Shown: piece after piece, positions 39,707 through 52,040 of the stretch
How positions within the stretch are numbered: the stretch's first letter is position 1
Layout of the letters: each line of letters starts with the position of its first letter
Program-made: the position numbers and the translations under genes
Notes under the pieces: model-generated
What the model was told of the DNA's origin: nothing
The model's database searches: none
The model's input: the letters and a program-made list of their open reading frames with translations, nothing else
Source of the DNA: Sphyrna mokarran
Taxonomy: Eukaryota
DNA length: 64,000 nt
Assembly: GCA_024679065.1 (NCBI GenBank)
Contig: JAGIQG010000025.1
Coordinates: 21,452,001-21,516,000 of the forward strand
Reading direction: 5' to 3'

Positions 39707-39997
39707 GGGCAGCACGGTGGCACAATGATTAGCACTGCTGCCTCACAGCGCCAGGGACCCAAGTTAATCCCGGCCTTGGGTGGCTGGTGTGTGTAGTTTG
39801 CATGTTCTCTCCGTGTCTGCTCCGGGCGCTCTAGTTTCCCCTTACACCCCAGAAGTATGTGAAATAGGTGGATTGGCAATGCTAAATTGCCCCTTAGTGT
39901 CAGGGGGCCTAGCTAGCATTATCGGGATGGTGCCTGGATGGGATGTGCAGATTCTATAGGCCGAATGGCCTCCTTCAGTATTGTAGAATTCTACGAT
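39707..39997 (+). mobile_element. HE1/V-SINE-like SINE, tail type B
   Basis: gggcagcacggtggcacaatgattagcactgctgcctcacagcgccaggg head; ggccgaatggcctccttc tail. Confidence 0.9.
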
Positions 39998-40123
39998 CTT
40001 TCTCACAAACAACCCACTGGTGTCAAGGTGTTCGATATTCACAATCAACTTGTCACCTTCTCTGGGGCTATTTCTCCAACAAAGCTAACAGAAAGCATAT
40101 CATTGCTGTGTTCCATAACCACG

Positions 40124-40460
40124 GGAACATAAGACTCAGGAACAGAGGTCGGCCATTCGCCCCATCCAGTCTGGTCTCCTATTCATTGAGATCATGAAGT
40201 GATTGTCTTCAATTCCGCCTTCCCATTTTACCCCCGTAGCCCTTGTTTCCCTCACTAATTAAAAATCTGTCTATCTCAGCCTTGAACATCCTCAATGAAC
40301 CAACCTCTGCAGCCTTCTGTGGTAAAAATTCCAGATTCACTACCCTCCGAGAGAACAAATTCCTCCTGATCTCTGCCTTAAATGGACGACCCCTTATTCT
40401 GAGACTGCCCCCTAGTCCTAGACTCTCCTACAAGGGGAAACAACTTCAGCATCTACCACT
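40124..40460 (-). mobile_element. CR1 LINE 3' end fragment
   Basis: gaacataag...ggtcggccattcgcccca tail; ccagattcactaccctccgagagaacaaattcc and cccttattctgagactgccccctagt motifs typical of the CR1 ORF2 end read in reverse. Confidence 0.8.
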
Positions 40461-40944
40461 CGGATTTCCCTCCTTCCTCTTTTGTAGATTTGAACATGAC
40501 TGTTTTTGGCTGGTAGGATTTGCTGAAAAAGGTTCAGGTTAAAAAAAAGCATTATTGCAGTTAAAATCAGACACGCTATCAAGTCAATTCTTTCCTCAGG
40601 TTGAGCCACATATATAGAAAGGCATTATTTAACTGCGAGTTGTGTGGAGGATTTTACGTTTGGGAATGGAAAACGATGCAGGAACTCTCGCTTCAGTTCA
40701 TGGTCAAAGCCCAAAGTTTATCCTTCAGTGTCACATGGGCTAAACACGGGAATGGGGACGACTTTATAGGAGGCTCTGAGGGCAGTCACCCACCGGCTTG
40801 CGGTCTGGGTTGTCCCCTTGACCTGCAGGCACTGGTCCTGACCCTCACTGGGCCATTCAGCAGCCGCCATTCCTCCCCCCACCTACCTCCTCAGCCATTT
40901 ACACTTTTCGGGATTCGGGGAGAGACCGGCTCAAGGGATCACAG

Positions 40945-41032
40945 CACCCCCACCGCCACCACCGCCCCCCCCGCCACCACCACAACCCAACCACCGCCCC
41001 CCCTCCCCCCACCACCACCGCCACACACACAC
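40945..41032. repeat. C-rich (CCA/CCG)n low-complexity tract
   Basis: cccccaccgccaccaccgcccccccc...; a similar tract lies at 12270-12326. Confidence 0.75.
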
Positions 41033-42229
41033 CTCTGCTCCTCTGCCGCTTGCAGACTGAAGGAAACCTATCTCCGTTTCTGTTGGGAGGCGAAGCTTTG
41101 CAGATCTAAGCCTGGGCAATTCATTCACAAAAGACTGTGTAGATTGTAGAATAAAATGAACGGGAAAGTTTCACAATATTGGAAAACTACAGTCAACAGC
41201 TGGAGAAGTTTCATTTTCATTTCTTCACGTTGCCAATTGTTTTACAGGATTGTTAGCTCATTCATTTTGTTTACTTTTCCCATGTTTACTTTTACACGGT
41301 AATGGGGAGTGTAGGGGCGGGAGGGGGAGAGAGGGGTGTAAAGACTCTCACGTGGAAAGTTCTGGGAAGGAATTTGAAGAGGAGCCTGGGGATGGGGCAG
41401 TCTGATTAACTATCAACTCTCAAGCAAGCTGTATGTACCATGGCAGCTGTGGAGGAGGAGGGAGGAGGGGGTTACTGAGGTAGAACCAAAGATTCCTCTG
41501 TATTAAACAGCGTCTAGATATACACGATGAGGTTACAGGTAATTTGGAAGACACTTGCGAAGAAGGCAGGACAAATACTGGAAATAGCTCTTTTCCTGAG
41601 AAGTTATTAAAGGCGGAGCAGGAGTTTCATGTGTAAACAGTTCTTGTTAAAATTAAATGAAATTCTGCCAGCGTCTAACATTCGAAGGGAAAGATCACAG
41701 TGTGTATGCCACGCAGACTACAGTTATGTTGCTTTAAGCTGACCTCTTGCAAATAAATGGTAATTGTGGCATTTTTGTGCTCAATGCCCCTGCAGTTCTG
41801 TGCGGTGGACACGCTCCCCCGGGGAACACTGGTTTGAGAACGCCCGGACTCATCCTGCAAAAGAGAAGGTAATCCCCGGAGAATTGCCGGAGAAACAATG
41901 TAACAGCAGAGAGCAGAGCACAAAACCCGGTGACTAATCGAGCCGCGCCGCGTTCGCACAGTAAGACAGACGTGCCTTTCTTTGCTCAAGTTAGACCTCA
42001 AAAGTGACAGAAATCCGAAAACACTTCGGAGGTCTGCCCATCACTGTGAAAACGCTGTTTTTGAAATTGGTGCAAAACAAAAGAAATCGAAACACTTTGG
42101 AGCCTTGTTGTATAATTATTTGTGCTCCCGAATAACACTGACAACTATTTCTATCGTCTCGCTGTCTGTCAGCTGGCTCAGATTTGCTGACAGTACATTG
42201 AACGGTGTGATATTGCTGAGGTACACAAA

Positions 42230-42470
42230 AGAAAGATCTTTTTTGTGGAGTTGATAGCTGCAAGACCCGCCATGTTATGAATTCTCAGCAGTCTAACCTG
42301 AGTACACATGTCGCCAGCGATAACCCCGACTTCTGACCCCCGGCACCATCGCTTCACCGCAGTGAGTGGTTGAAGCAAATGAATCAGTCACCCAGCTCCA
42401 AAAGTAATTCGCTGTGTGAAGTGGTTTGAGACAGTTCAGGCGACATATAAATGAAGGCAGTGTACTTTTT
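42230..42470 (+). mobile_element. Old Deu-SINE/L2-type 3' remnant
   Basis: ctccaaaagtaattcgctgtgtgaagtggtttgagac...aggcgacatataaatgaag resembles the aaaagtaattcattggctgtgaagcgctttggga...ggcgctatataaatgcaag tail. Confidence 0.4.
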
Positions 42471-43547
42471 TTAATTTACCTGTTGAGAAATAGAACTCGC
42501 CATACAAAGCTATTTTTAAAGAAATTATTCAATCCAGAAAGGGATATGAGGGTGGAAAAGACCCCAATCGAGTTGTACAAATGAGATTGTAAGATTCAGA
42601 ATTGAATTGTTAAATCTCAGTTATGAATTGCATGGCGAATCAGGCAGAATAATTAAAAAATAGTCACGGTTACTATTTTTGAATGTATATTTCCATAAAA
42701 GGGAAATCATATTTGTAACTTCTTGCGATTTTGATGCCAGAAAATCGTGAAACTTTCATCTGATATTAGTAACATCTGAAAGCCACTCAGCCCATACTCA
42801 TCTAGTGTAAACCTCTTCAACACTGATCTAACTTTTCAGTTCATCGCCACTTGATTTCTTCAGCGACAGGGTGAGATGGATTCATTTGTTCGATATATTT
42901 ATGCTACAGAGTTGTCAATGCTTCAATATCTGGCAACTCAACTCCGACCAGGTGGGCCTGATCGTAAGCAGCGCCAACCTGGTAACAGATAAATTTCAGG
43001 ATCCGCAGACAAAAAAAAAAGTTGTAATGTCGCCATATAAGAAAAGACATAGGCGTCGGCACGGTTCTTTCACTCGGATGTAGAGAGATTAGTTTTTATT
43101 GATTGTAAAGGATTAAAAGATAATATTGCTCTACGATGTAGTAGGAAATGAACATGGCTCGAAATATGAGTAAATTTAAAGTTGTTAATTCACTCTATCT
43201 TAACACACACTCTTCCCCACTTCAATGAAACACCGGAGAGCCAAATACTAAGGATCACAGGAAAAAGTTTTAACACGACCCCGAGACAGGCCTCTCAGTT
43301 TTAATATGAAAAAAGGTATTAGAGGGTGTTGGAGTTGATGAAGTTGTCCCCTCATATCAATGTATCCATACAGGCGGGCAGTGCACAAGTATTAAACAGT
43401 CCATGTGATGATAAAATAACATCACAATGGGCGTGATTCAAGTGTTGGTCCCATTTTTCAGTGTTCAGCAACCCTCTGAGTTGAAGTTTGCTCCAGCTCA
43501 GATGCCAGCATTCTGAAACAACACAAATTGTGAAGGGGCAATAGATA

Positions 43548-43843
43548 AGATAGCACTGTGGGACAGTGGTTAGCACTGTTGCTTCACAGTGCCAGGGTCC
43601 AGGGTTCAATTCCAGCCTTGGGTCAGTGTCTCTTTGAAGACTGCACATTCTCCCCTGTCTACATGGGTTTTCTTCAGGTGGTCTGATTTCTTCCCACAAT
43701 CCAAATATGTGCAGGTCAGGTTGATTGGCTGTGCTAAATTGACCCTGGTGTCAGGGGGATTAGCAGGATAATATTCAGGTTATGGGAATAGGGCCTGGGT
43801 GGGATTATAGTCAATGGTCTCCTTCTGCACCATTGGGATTTTG
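43548..43843 (+). mobile_element. HE1/V-SINE-like SINE, tail type B
   Basis: cagtggttagcactgttgcttcacag head; gtgtcagggggattagcagg...tggtctccttctgcac tail. Confidence 0.9.
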
Positions 43844-44046
43844 TGAAATTATGAAGATGTGAACAGGCACAGCCTGCCTTAATGCTTCCTGAATTTAGAT
43901 CCTCTGGACTCCATCTTTGAAGATTATAAATCATAACATACGCATTGATAAGCAGCCTCTCTTGCCTCTGTTGTGTTGATATCTACAGTAAGAAGTTTCA
44001 CAAAGTCAAATATCAGTACCGCATTGTACTGATATGGATATCAATA

Positions 44047-44260
44047 ATGTAAGATACCAGCATTGGACTCAGGGAGGAGGTATAATAAGAAGTCTCACAA
44101 CACTAGGTTAAAGTCCAATAGGTTTATTTGAAATCATGAGCTTTCGGAGCCTTGCTCAGGCAAGTGGACTCATAATTCCAAATAAACCTGTTGGAATTTA
44201 ACCTGGTGTTGTGAGATTTCTTACTGTGCCCACTCCAATTCAATATGGGCATCTCCGCAT
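44047..44260. mobile_element. Penelope-like pseudo-LTR inverted repeat (palindromic remnant)
   Basis: aagaagtctcacaacactaggttaaagtccaataggtttatttg pairs with caaataaacctgttggaatttaacctggtgttgtgagatttctt; the right arm matches the Penelope 3' end at ~46870-46910. Confidence 0.75.
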
Positions 44261-45679
44261 TATTAATATCCATGACTTTGCAGTGTGGTACTGATAGTTT
44301 GCATCAAGCAACCTTGCACAGCTACAGTATGCTTGGAGAATATATGAAGGGACTCAGAAGGGATTCAGAAAACACACAATTACCTACTTTCCCACCCACA
44401 GAACATATGGGGTCTTATGGGGATATTCACTTTGATAATGGAATTATGTAGAAGTAGTATGAGGCTTCTCACGCCAGTGTGTAACCATGCACACATAACT
44501 ACAGATGTACTATCCAAAAAACGTGCAACACTGAGTCCAGCAAGGCCCTTCCTGTCAGTGATAAACGTATACTAGAAGACTCCTGAGTAGATATATTGTG
44601 ACTTGGGATCACTGTTCACTTGTGCATGAACCTGTACTGACAATTTTTACTTCTGTACTGAGATACAGATTGGGCCATATAGAGAAAGAGAAGAAGAATA
44701 GAAGTGGGAATATCATGAAGCCAAAGTATGAAAACTTCAGCATCAAATTCATACCAGAAGCATGGCACCTGGTTGTTTTGATTATGATGATTGTTCAAAT
44801 AATACAAACTTTACATCTTTTAGTTATTCAACAGTGAAGGAGAAAACATAACCCTGGGAATCTGTCCATGACAAAGTGATTAAATCTATTTGTAGAGCTC
44901 ACTGATTTGAGAAGAACAACCAGATTTGCCCTCCTGTTGTTGGGGCTCAATCTGCTGTTGGCACTTGAAGTGGTATGTTGCTGGGAATGTGGTGAAAGAA
45001 GGCTTTGGTTACTTGTTAATGCAACAGTATGTGGTGTAGTATCTGTCTCTTGCATCTGTAGGTATTTGAAAAACCATATGTGGCATAAATATTGAAGAAA
45101 GGGGCATCGTTCACTGCTGCGTTATGGATAGTCATTTGTATCTTCAGTAACTAAGTAGCACATCTCAGTTATAACATGTTTGTTGTGTCTAGGTATGCAG
45201 TGTTTTTCTGCTGGCCCAGGTAACTGTTAGAAATATGATACAACTGCTTCCAAGAACTGTTCTGGTAATCATTGCCTAATAGTTAACCCACAATTCAGTA
45301 GTAGCTCTCGCAGCTGTACCTGATTAAAAAAAATGGCTATAATGACCACTGCATGCATTTTCTGGGGATTAAAATAATCCAGTGCACAATGCTGTGTAGA
45401 TATAAGACACTCCCATGCCTTTTGTCTCCCACAATGTTTACTCATCTTCTTAATGGCTATCTATTTTGCAATATCTCCAGAAACTGCAGGTTTTAAATAA
45501 GCTCTCTATAATTATGAAAACAAGCTTTTTCTTTTCCCACTCATTACACCAATTTTAGGTTGTGAAAAGAAAACAAACCAGAGTTAATAATTCCAGAAAA
45601 TTCAGTAATTGCCTTCCTATTCCCGATTTAGGCTTATTTCTTTCACTAAACTGAACTCATAGGAAAATACACTCCGATT

Positions 45680-47182
45680 AATTGTCTCCCAGTTAAACAC
45701 TGGGAAAACCCAAGCCATTGTAACCCTGCTACAAACTCTGTTCCCTAGACACTAATAGCACACTTCTGCTTGGCAGCTGCCTGATGCTGAACCAGGCTAT
45801 TCACAGTCTTGGTATCACAACTGACCCCCAGATGAGACTCCAACCATGTATCATTAAGATACCTCTACTTCAATTGTACCACCCAGCTCAGCTGCTACCT
45901 CAGTTCAACTGCTGCTGAAATCTTGTCTTCTTTACATACAAGTTTGATTGTTCCAGTATATTCTGTTTCACATTCTGACTTTCATAAATGGGAGGTCATC
46001 CAAAACATTCTTGCCTACATCCTAACTCACAGCAAGTTTTTTTGTTCATTGTCCACTTGCTTACTGATTTACTTTGGCTCCTGGTGAAGCAATGCCTCAA
46101 TTTTAAAATTTTCATGCTTGTTTTCAGGTCACTCTATTGCCTCACCCCTCCCTACTTTTGTAAACTCCTCCAACCACACACTCCTCCCAAATATCTGAGA
46201 TTTTTTCATTCTGGCTCTTGAGCATTTCTGATTTTAATTGTTCTGGTGTGGTGATGCTGGTGTTGGACTGGGTACACACAGGAATGCCGCTAGATACACA
46301 CTTGCAACTCGGCCAACGTAATCTACCTGATAAGCTGCAGGAAATGGTTTATTGGGGAGACCATGCAGACGCCATGATAATGGATGAATGAACACCTCTC
46401 GAAAATCACCAGGCAAGAGTGTTCTCTTTCTGTTGGAGAATACTTCACTGGTCACGGGCATTCGGCCTCTGATCTTCAGGAAAGCATTCTCCGAGGTGGC
46501 CTTCATGACACATAGCAATGCAGTGTTGCTGAGCAGAGGCTGATAGCCAAATTCTGTACACATGAGGACGGTCTCAACCAGGATCTTGGGTTCATGTCAC
46601 ACTATCTGTAACCCCACAACATGCCTGGGCTTGCAAAATCTTATTAACTGTCCCACTGGAGACAATACACATGTCTTTAACCTGCGCTTAACCTTCTCTC
46701 CACTCACATTGTCTGTACCTTTCAGACTTAATTGCCTGTAAACACTCACATTCCAACCATTATTTTGTAAATTGAGTTTGTATCTTTATATGCCTTGTTT
46801 GTGAACAGAAATCTCACTCATCCGGTGAAGGAGCAGTGAGCACTCCAAAAACTAATGGCTTTTGCTACCAGATAAATCTGTTGGACTTTAATCTGCTGTT
46901 GCCAGACATTTTATTGTGTTTAATTGTTCTACCATTAATGGCTATCCCTTCAGCTGACAAGGCCCAAAGCTCTGGAATTTTCTCTCTAAAACGTTTCACC
47001 TTTCTGTCTTTCTTTTCTCCCCTGAGACACTCCTTAAAACCTATTTCTTTGACCAAACTTTTGCTTATCTACCCTAATATTGTCCTATGTTATGCCATAC
47101 CAAAGTTTGCTTTGAATGTTTTTTGAAGCATGGTGAGACCTTTTATTATCTTAAAGGAGCTATATAAATATAAATTGTTGCT
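45680..47182 (+). mobile_element. L2 LINE 3' portion, interrupted by a Penelope insertion (46245-46918)
   Basis: QLNTGKT and LLWLLVKQCLNFKIFMLVFRSLYCLTPPYF (cf. L2 LHWLPV..RI.FKIL..FK.L.GLAP.YL); tail aaggagctatataaatataaattgttg. Confidence 0.75.
46245..46918 (+). mobile_element. 5'-truncated Penelope-like element with GIY-YIG endonuclease remnant
   Basis: 46300-46611 translates TCNSANVIYLISCRKWFIGETMQTP**WMNEH...EYFTGHGHS / AEQRLIAKFCTHEDGLNQD; pseudo-LTR follows; flanked by 12-bp TSD tttaattgttct (46233-46244, 46919-46930). Confidence 0.88.
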
Positions 47183-47755
47183 ATAATTCACTAAAGAATA
47201 TAAATATGGTAGCACAGTTGAGTATAATATATACAGTACCAAGTAATTTGAACTTACTTGCCTGGAATCTTAAAAAAACACTTTCACTCATTTATATACT
47301 TCACTTTCTGGCAATTTGCAACATGAAACAGTTTTCATGATTTTAGAGATGAACAAAATTTAAACCCACATTAAGAGCAAAATTGTACTAAGCAACCAAA
47401 ATATAATCTGAAAGCAGATATAAATTTACTGTCTTTACTTTTTCCAGTAGAAGTCGATTCAAAATAGAAATGATTATCATTCTTATTCATTAGGTAAATA
47501 AAGTGTAGAATGGCTGCATTTAACCTTCTCAGATTGATATCTGGAAGATTATGCACAATTGCAGATCTCTTCAAGTCCCGGTATTTAATACCGTAAATGA
47601 GTTTTGTGAATGCACCCTTGAAACCATGCATAGTGCTCAGTTCTAAGGATGGTGAACAGCAGTAAGATTGTTTGATCCTTAGGAACAGTAAAAATATAAA
47701 AGATTTCAGTAATTCTCATAAAGCCCAATAAAATATTTGCGGGCTCTAGTAAAAA

Positions 47756-48040
47756 GGGCAACATAGTTAGCACTGCTACCTCACAGCGTCAGGGGCCTAA
47801 GTTTGATTCCAGTTTGGGTCACTGTCTGTGCAGAGTCTGCACGTTCTTCCTGTGTCAGGGTGGGTTTCCTCCAGGTGCTCCGGTTTCCTCCCACAATGAT
47901 GTGCTGGTTAGGTACTTTGGCAATGCTAAATTCTCATTCAATTTACTTAAGCAGGCGCTGGAGTGTGCTGACTCGACGATTTTCACAGTAACTTCATTGC
48001 AGTGTTAATGCAAGCCTACTTGTGACAGTAATAAATAATT
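47756..48040 (+). mobile_element. HE1/V-SINE-like SINE, tail type A
   Basis: Head, V core and gattttcacagtaacttcattgcagtgttaatg tail. Confidence 0.9.
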
Positions 48041-48814
48041 TTTTTAAAAAATTCAGCTTCACATCAAGTTGGAGTTGTACTGCAACTGGTATAAATTTAG
48101 GCTGATGTGAGATTACCTATTTATTGGTGTAAATGTGCTCACTTCAAAGCTCATGCACCAAAAACCACTTTGTATCAGTGAAACAATAGGGCATAATTAC
48201 AGCTTTAATCTTTTATATTGATGACTCAAGAATCAATGTCGTCACTATGCATTGTTCAGTCTAAATTTTAAAAATGTGCAATTGCTATTTCAAAAAAACT
48301 AGATGTATAAAACTACTGATCTACAAAGTAGTGAAGGTGCTAACTGTTTTATTGTATAAAATAAGTCATTAGGTGTTAAACTGTAAAATAGATTGCTGCA
48401 GTTTGACTTTAAGATCAGTACTGGTACCACAGTTCCCAACCCTGCTGTTTCACAAGCTGTTGTTTTGCTACATTCTGTATTTGTTTAGTGATGTCTAATG
48501 ACTTGAGCATTCAGATTGTATCTACAATGGTAAACACAAAGCAGCACCATTACAGAAGAACTAACAACAGTGTCATGACTGCAGATATTAATGTAGGGAA
48601 TTGATATCATTCCAAGCATGACATCTCAGTATTTAAGTTTGAGTTTGGTACAAATCATTCTCCATACTTAGTACTGAGACAAATAATAGAATGTGTTACA
48701 CTTACATTCTGATCTCATTGGCCCACAGATTATATTCTCATATTGGGATGCCTTGTTGTACATCTTGAATGGAAATCCACAAGCAGTTGTCCACACACAA
48801 CTTCCTCAAGGAGC

Positions 48815-49175
48815 TGCCCATGGTTGATTGTTGCAAATTGGTGCGTTCCAAGTCCAGTGCATTGTACTGAGGGATGTGTTAAAGCTTGGGGCAGATGTTG
48901 TAAAGCTCAATGGAGGAAGGTCACGGTCTCGGCCCTCCTGCCAAAGTACACTGAGGAGCAAGTAAACATGTACAATCATTCAGATCATATGTACCACTGC
49001 TTCATATAAAGTATAAACATAAATTGTAAATATAACCTATAATTATAAGTGTGGTGTGACACCACAGCATGCCAGAAATTGAACTGTATTACAATTTTTG
49101 TAAGGTCATATTTTAATTGTTATGTAATATACTTTTAAAATCTTGTGAATAAAGTATACTTTTTGGGAAAAAAAG
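48815..49175 (+). mobile_element. L1/Tx1-like retrotransposon 3' end
   Basis: Frameshifted DCCKLVRSK / QCIVLRDVLKLGA / KAQWRKVTV C-terminus, AT-rich 3' UTR, AATAAA at ~49148 then an A run. Confidence 0.55.
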
Positions 49176-49489
49176 TCAAGCACTAAATTTAAGTGCCCAA
49201 TGGGTTTATTTTGAAAATGACAATTCTATATTGCTCAGTGTTATGATAACTACAAAGGTCATGGAAGATGATCAATAAATCTATCTGTGGGCTTTGTGGA
49301 GTATAAGCTGCCTTATTGAGTGAGCGGAGGTTCACCCAATGGGACGCAGCCAAAAGGAGTTTTTAAGCTGTAACTTTACCTGGACCAGAGTTGTAGGTCC
49401 TGGTTTGAAGACTGTAAGACATGGGAGTGGTCTTTTCCTTTGGTGCACAATAAAGACTGTTGGTGATGGAAACCAGCATATGGCTGAAT

Positions 49490-49801
49490 TGCCCCTTACA
49501 TTTCTTTTAAATTTTTCCCCCTTCACTTTCAACCTATGGTCTGAATAATTGACCCTTCGACCCTGGGAAAAAAGACTCTCACTATCCATTCTATCCAAGT
49601 CTGTCATAATCTTGAAAATCTCTATCAAGTCCCCACTCATCCTTTGACACTGCAATTACAACAATCCAAGTTTATCCAATCTTTCTTTATAGTTCACATC
49701 CTCCAAACCAGACAAAATCCTGGTAAATCTCATCTGCATCCTTTCCAATGCATCAACATCCTTCCAGTAGGGTGGCGATTAGAATTGTATACAATACTCC
49801 A
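49490..49801 (-). mobile_element. CR1 LINE ORF2 C-terminal fragment
   Basis: GDLIEIFKIMTDLDRMDSESLF...HRLKVKGEKFKRNVRG. Confidence 0.85.
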
Positions 49802-50270
49802 ATACAGACAAAGCATACCATATATAAAGAAGGAAAGGAGCCAGTGCACAATGTAGTGTTACAATCATAAGTAGGGTTCAGAGAAAAATCAACTTAATGT
49901 GATATAGGTTCATTCAAAAGTCTAATGGCAGCAGAAAAGAAGCTGTTCTTGAGTTGGATGGTATATGTTCTCAGATTTTTGTATCTTTTTCTTGATGGAA
50001 GAAAGTGAAAAAGCGTATGTTCAAGGTGGTTTTCCAAAGCAATGGGTAGTAAAGACTGTCAATGGATAGGAAGCTGGTTTGAGTGATGGACTGAGCTTTG
50101 TTCACAACCAGACATACTAAACGATGATACAACCAGAAAGTATGCTTCCTATGATGCATCTGTGAAAATTGGTGAGAGTCGCAGCAGACATTTCCTTAGT
50201 CTCCTGAGGAAGTCGAGGCATTGGTGAGCTTTCTTAACTATAGTGTCAGCATGGAGGGACCAGGACACTT
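49802..50270 (-). mobile_element. Rex1/Babar-like LINE 3' fragment
   Basis: Minus strand LTNFHRCIIGSILSGCIIV*Y (cf. LTNFYRCTIESILTGCITAWYG); tail shared with the 14835 and 63518 copies. Confidence 0.75.
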
Positions 50271-50514
50271 TGGTGATTGGTTCCAGCAGATTGACTCCAA
50301 CTGGTTGGAGATCTGCAGGCTAGGATTGGAGGGACGATGTGAAGTTATCAGTAGATGACCTGGAGTTTTTCAGGAGAGCCTGCAGAAAATAGAAGGAGTC
50401 AAGACCAAGTTCTATATTGACCCAAATGCTACACCTAGAGACAGGCCAGTCCCTTATTCCATGCTGAAGAAGATGGAAGCTGAATTAGGGTGGCTTGAAA
50501 GCTTGGGTATAATA

Positions 50515-50790
50515 TTCCTAATAAATTTCTTATTATCAGCAAACTTGAGAATATTACATTTGATTCCCTCATTGAAATCATTGATGCATATTGTGAATAG
50601 CTGAGACCCAAACTCTGATCCTTGCAGTACCTTACTAGTCACCGCCTGTTGCTCTGAAAAAGACCCATTTATGTCTACTCTCTGTTTTCTATTTGTTCAC
50701 CAATATTTAATCCATGCCAGTAGATTACCCTAAATCCAAAGTGCTTTAATTTTGCACACAAACCTCTTATGGGACATTATCAAAAGCTCA
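50515..50790 (-). mobile_element. CR1 RT fragment
   Basis: VTSKVLQGSEFGSQLFTICINDFNEGIKCNILKFADN (decayed GVPQGS...FADD). Confidence 0.85.
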
Positions 50791-51154
50791 CGTCACTTTT
50801 TCTTAATTTGTCCTTTTTGTTGTTTTGCCTTTGCCAACATATTCAAAGGCTCTAGGGTTTTCCTGCAATATCACCATCCTCTTCCCCCAACTTAGTGCCT
50901 CCTCTGAGCCAGTCCTTCACAAATTAACAAGCGTCTCACATCCTACCTTGGACTAAAAACTGTCCAGCTAGAAATAACATTGCTCGCAACCATATAGATT
51001 CAGGCAATGTCATTTTGGCATCAGACACATGCTTGTTGCCTTATGATACATTATGCTTCTCAAGGGCATAGGGTCCATTGTTTCATACCATGTGCACCCC
51101 TTTGCTGGGTTTTGCATTCACCTTAACTTTTGCTCTTGGCCAATGAGATTATTC

Positions 51155-51430
51155 ACAGTGGTTAGCACTGCTGCCTCATAGCACCAGGAACCTGGATTTG
51201 ATTCCTGGCATGGGTTGCTGTCTGTGTGGAGTCTGCCTCCTGTGTCAGTGTGGGTTTCCTCTGGGTGCTCCAGTTTCCTCCCACAGTCCAAAAAACCTGC
51301 TGGTGAATTGTCCATGTTAAATTCCCCCTCAGTGTACCCGAATAGGCACCAGAGTGTGGCAACTAAGGGATTTTCACAGTAACTTCATTACATTGTGAAC
51401 GTAAGCCTATGTGTGACAAACAAATAAACA
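51155..51430 (+). mobile_element. HE1/V-SINE-like SINE, tail type A
   Basis: cagtggttagcactgctgcctca head; type A tail. Confidence 0.9.
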
Positions 51431-51489
51431 TTTTTTGCATATTCCTATCACCACTTTTCCCTTATTTCCATTGACTTCCATCTTCTTAA

Positions 51490-51750
51490 CAAGAAGATAC
51501 TTTGCCAAATGTCTTACACTATCTGGATTAATCTTCTTCATTACCCATCAAAGAATTCAAATAAAGTCAGTCAGACATGATTTTACATTATAACAAATTC
51601 ATAAATTTCCATTTGTTAATGTATAGCTTTCCAAATGCAAATTTATTTTGTTCCTGCAAATGATTTCCAATACCTTCTCCACCACTGCTGTTAGGTTAAC
51701 TGGCCTGTAGTTTTCTGGTTCCTCCCCTGCCATTTTTTGAAAAATGGTGT
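51490..51750 (-). mobile_element. CR1 RT N-terminal fragment
   Basis: PENYRPVNLTAVVEKVLEII motif. Confidence 0.75.
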
Positions 51751-52009
51751 AACACAAGTTAATAGAGAATTTTTCAAGCATTAACAGAATACAGATGTCA
51801 AATTGGCAAATTTAGAGGACACATGGAGTATCGGCAGCTTACATTTTTAGTGAGGGATTTAAATTGTTAAACTTTCATACTGCTGCATATCAGAAGTCAC
51901 ATCAGAAGCCAAAAGTAAGCTTGAAACCTACTGTGACCAATGTTATCAATAAACACCTTGACCTGGAAGTTGTCTTGTACTGGCCAACAAAGCAAAGAGG
52001 TTTAATGTC

Positions 52010-52011
<2 letters not shown>

Positions 52012-52040
<29 letters not shown>
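52012..52040. repeat. (GT)n microsatellite
   Basis: ~14 GT units. Confidence 0.95.

Noticed and set aside
40601-41149. 182-aa plus-strand ORF, or first exon of a divergent neighbour such as DENND1A
   Set aside because: TTG start, Pro/Thr run derived from the CCA repeat, no MGSRIK-like or other recognisable sequence
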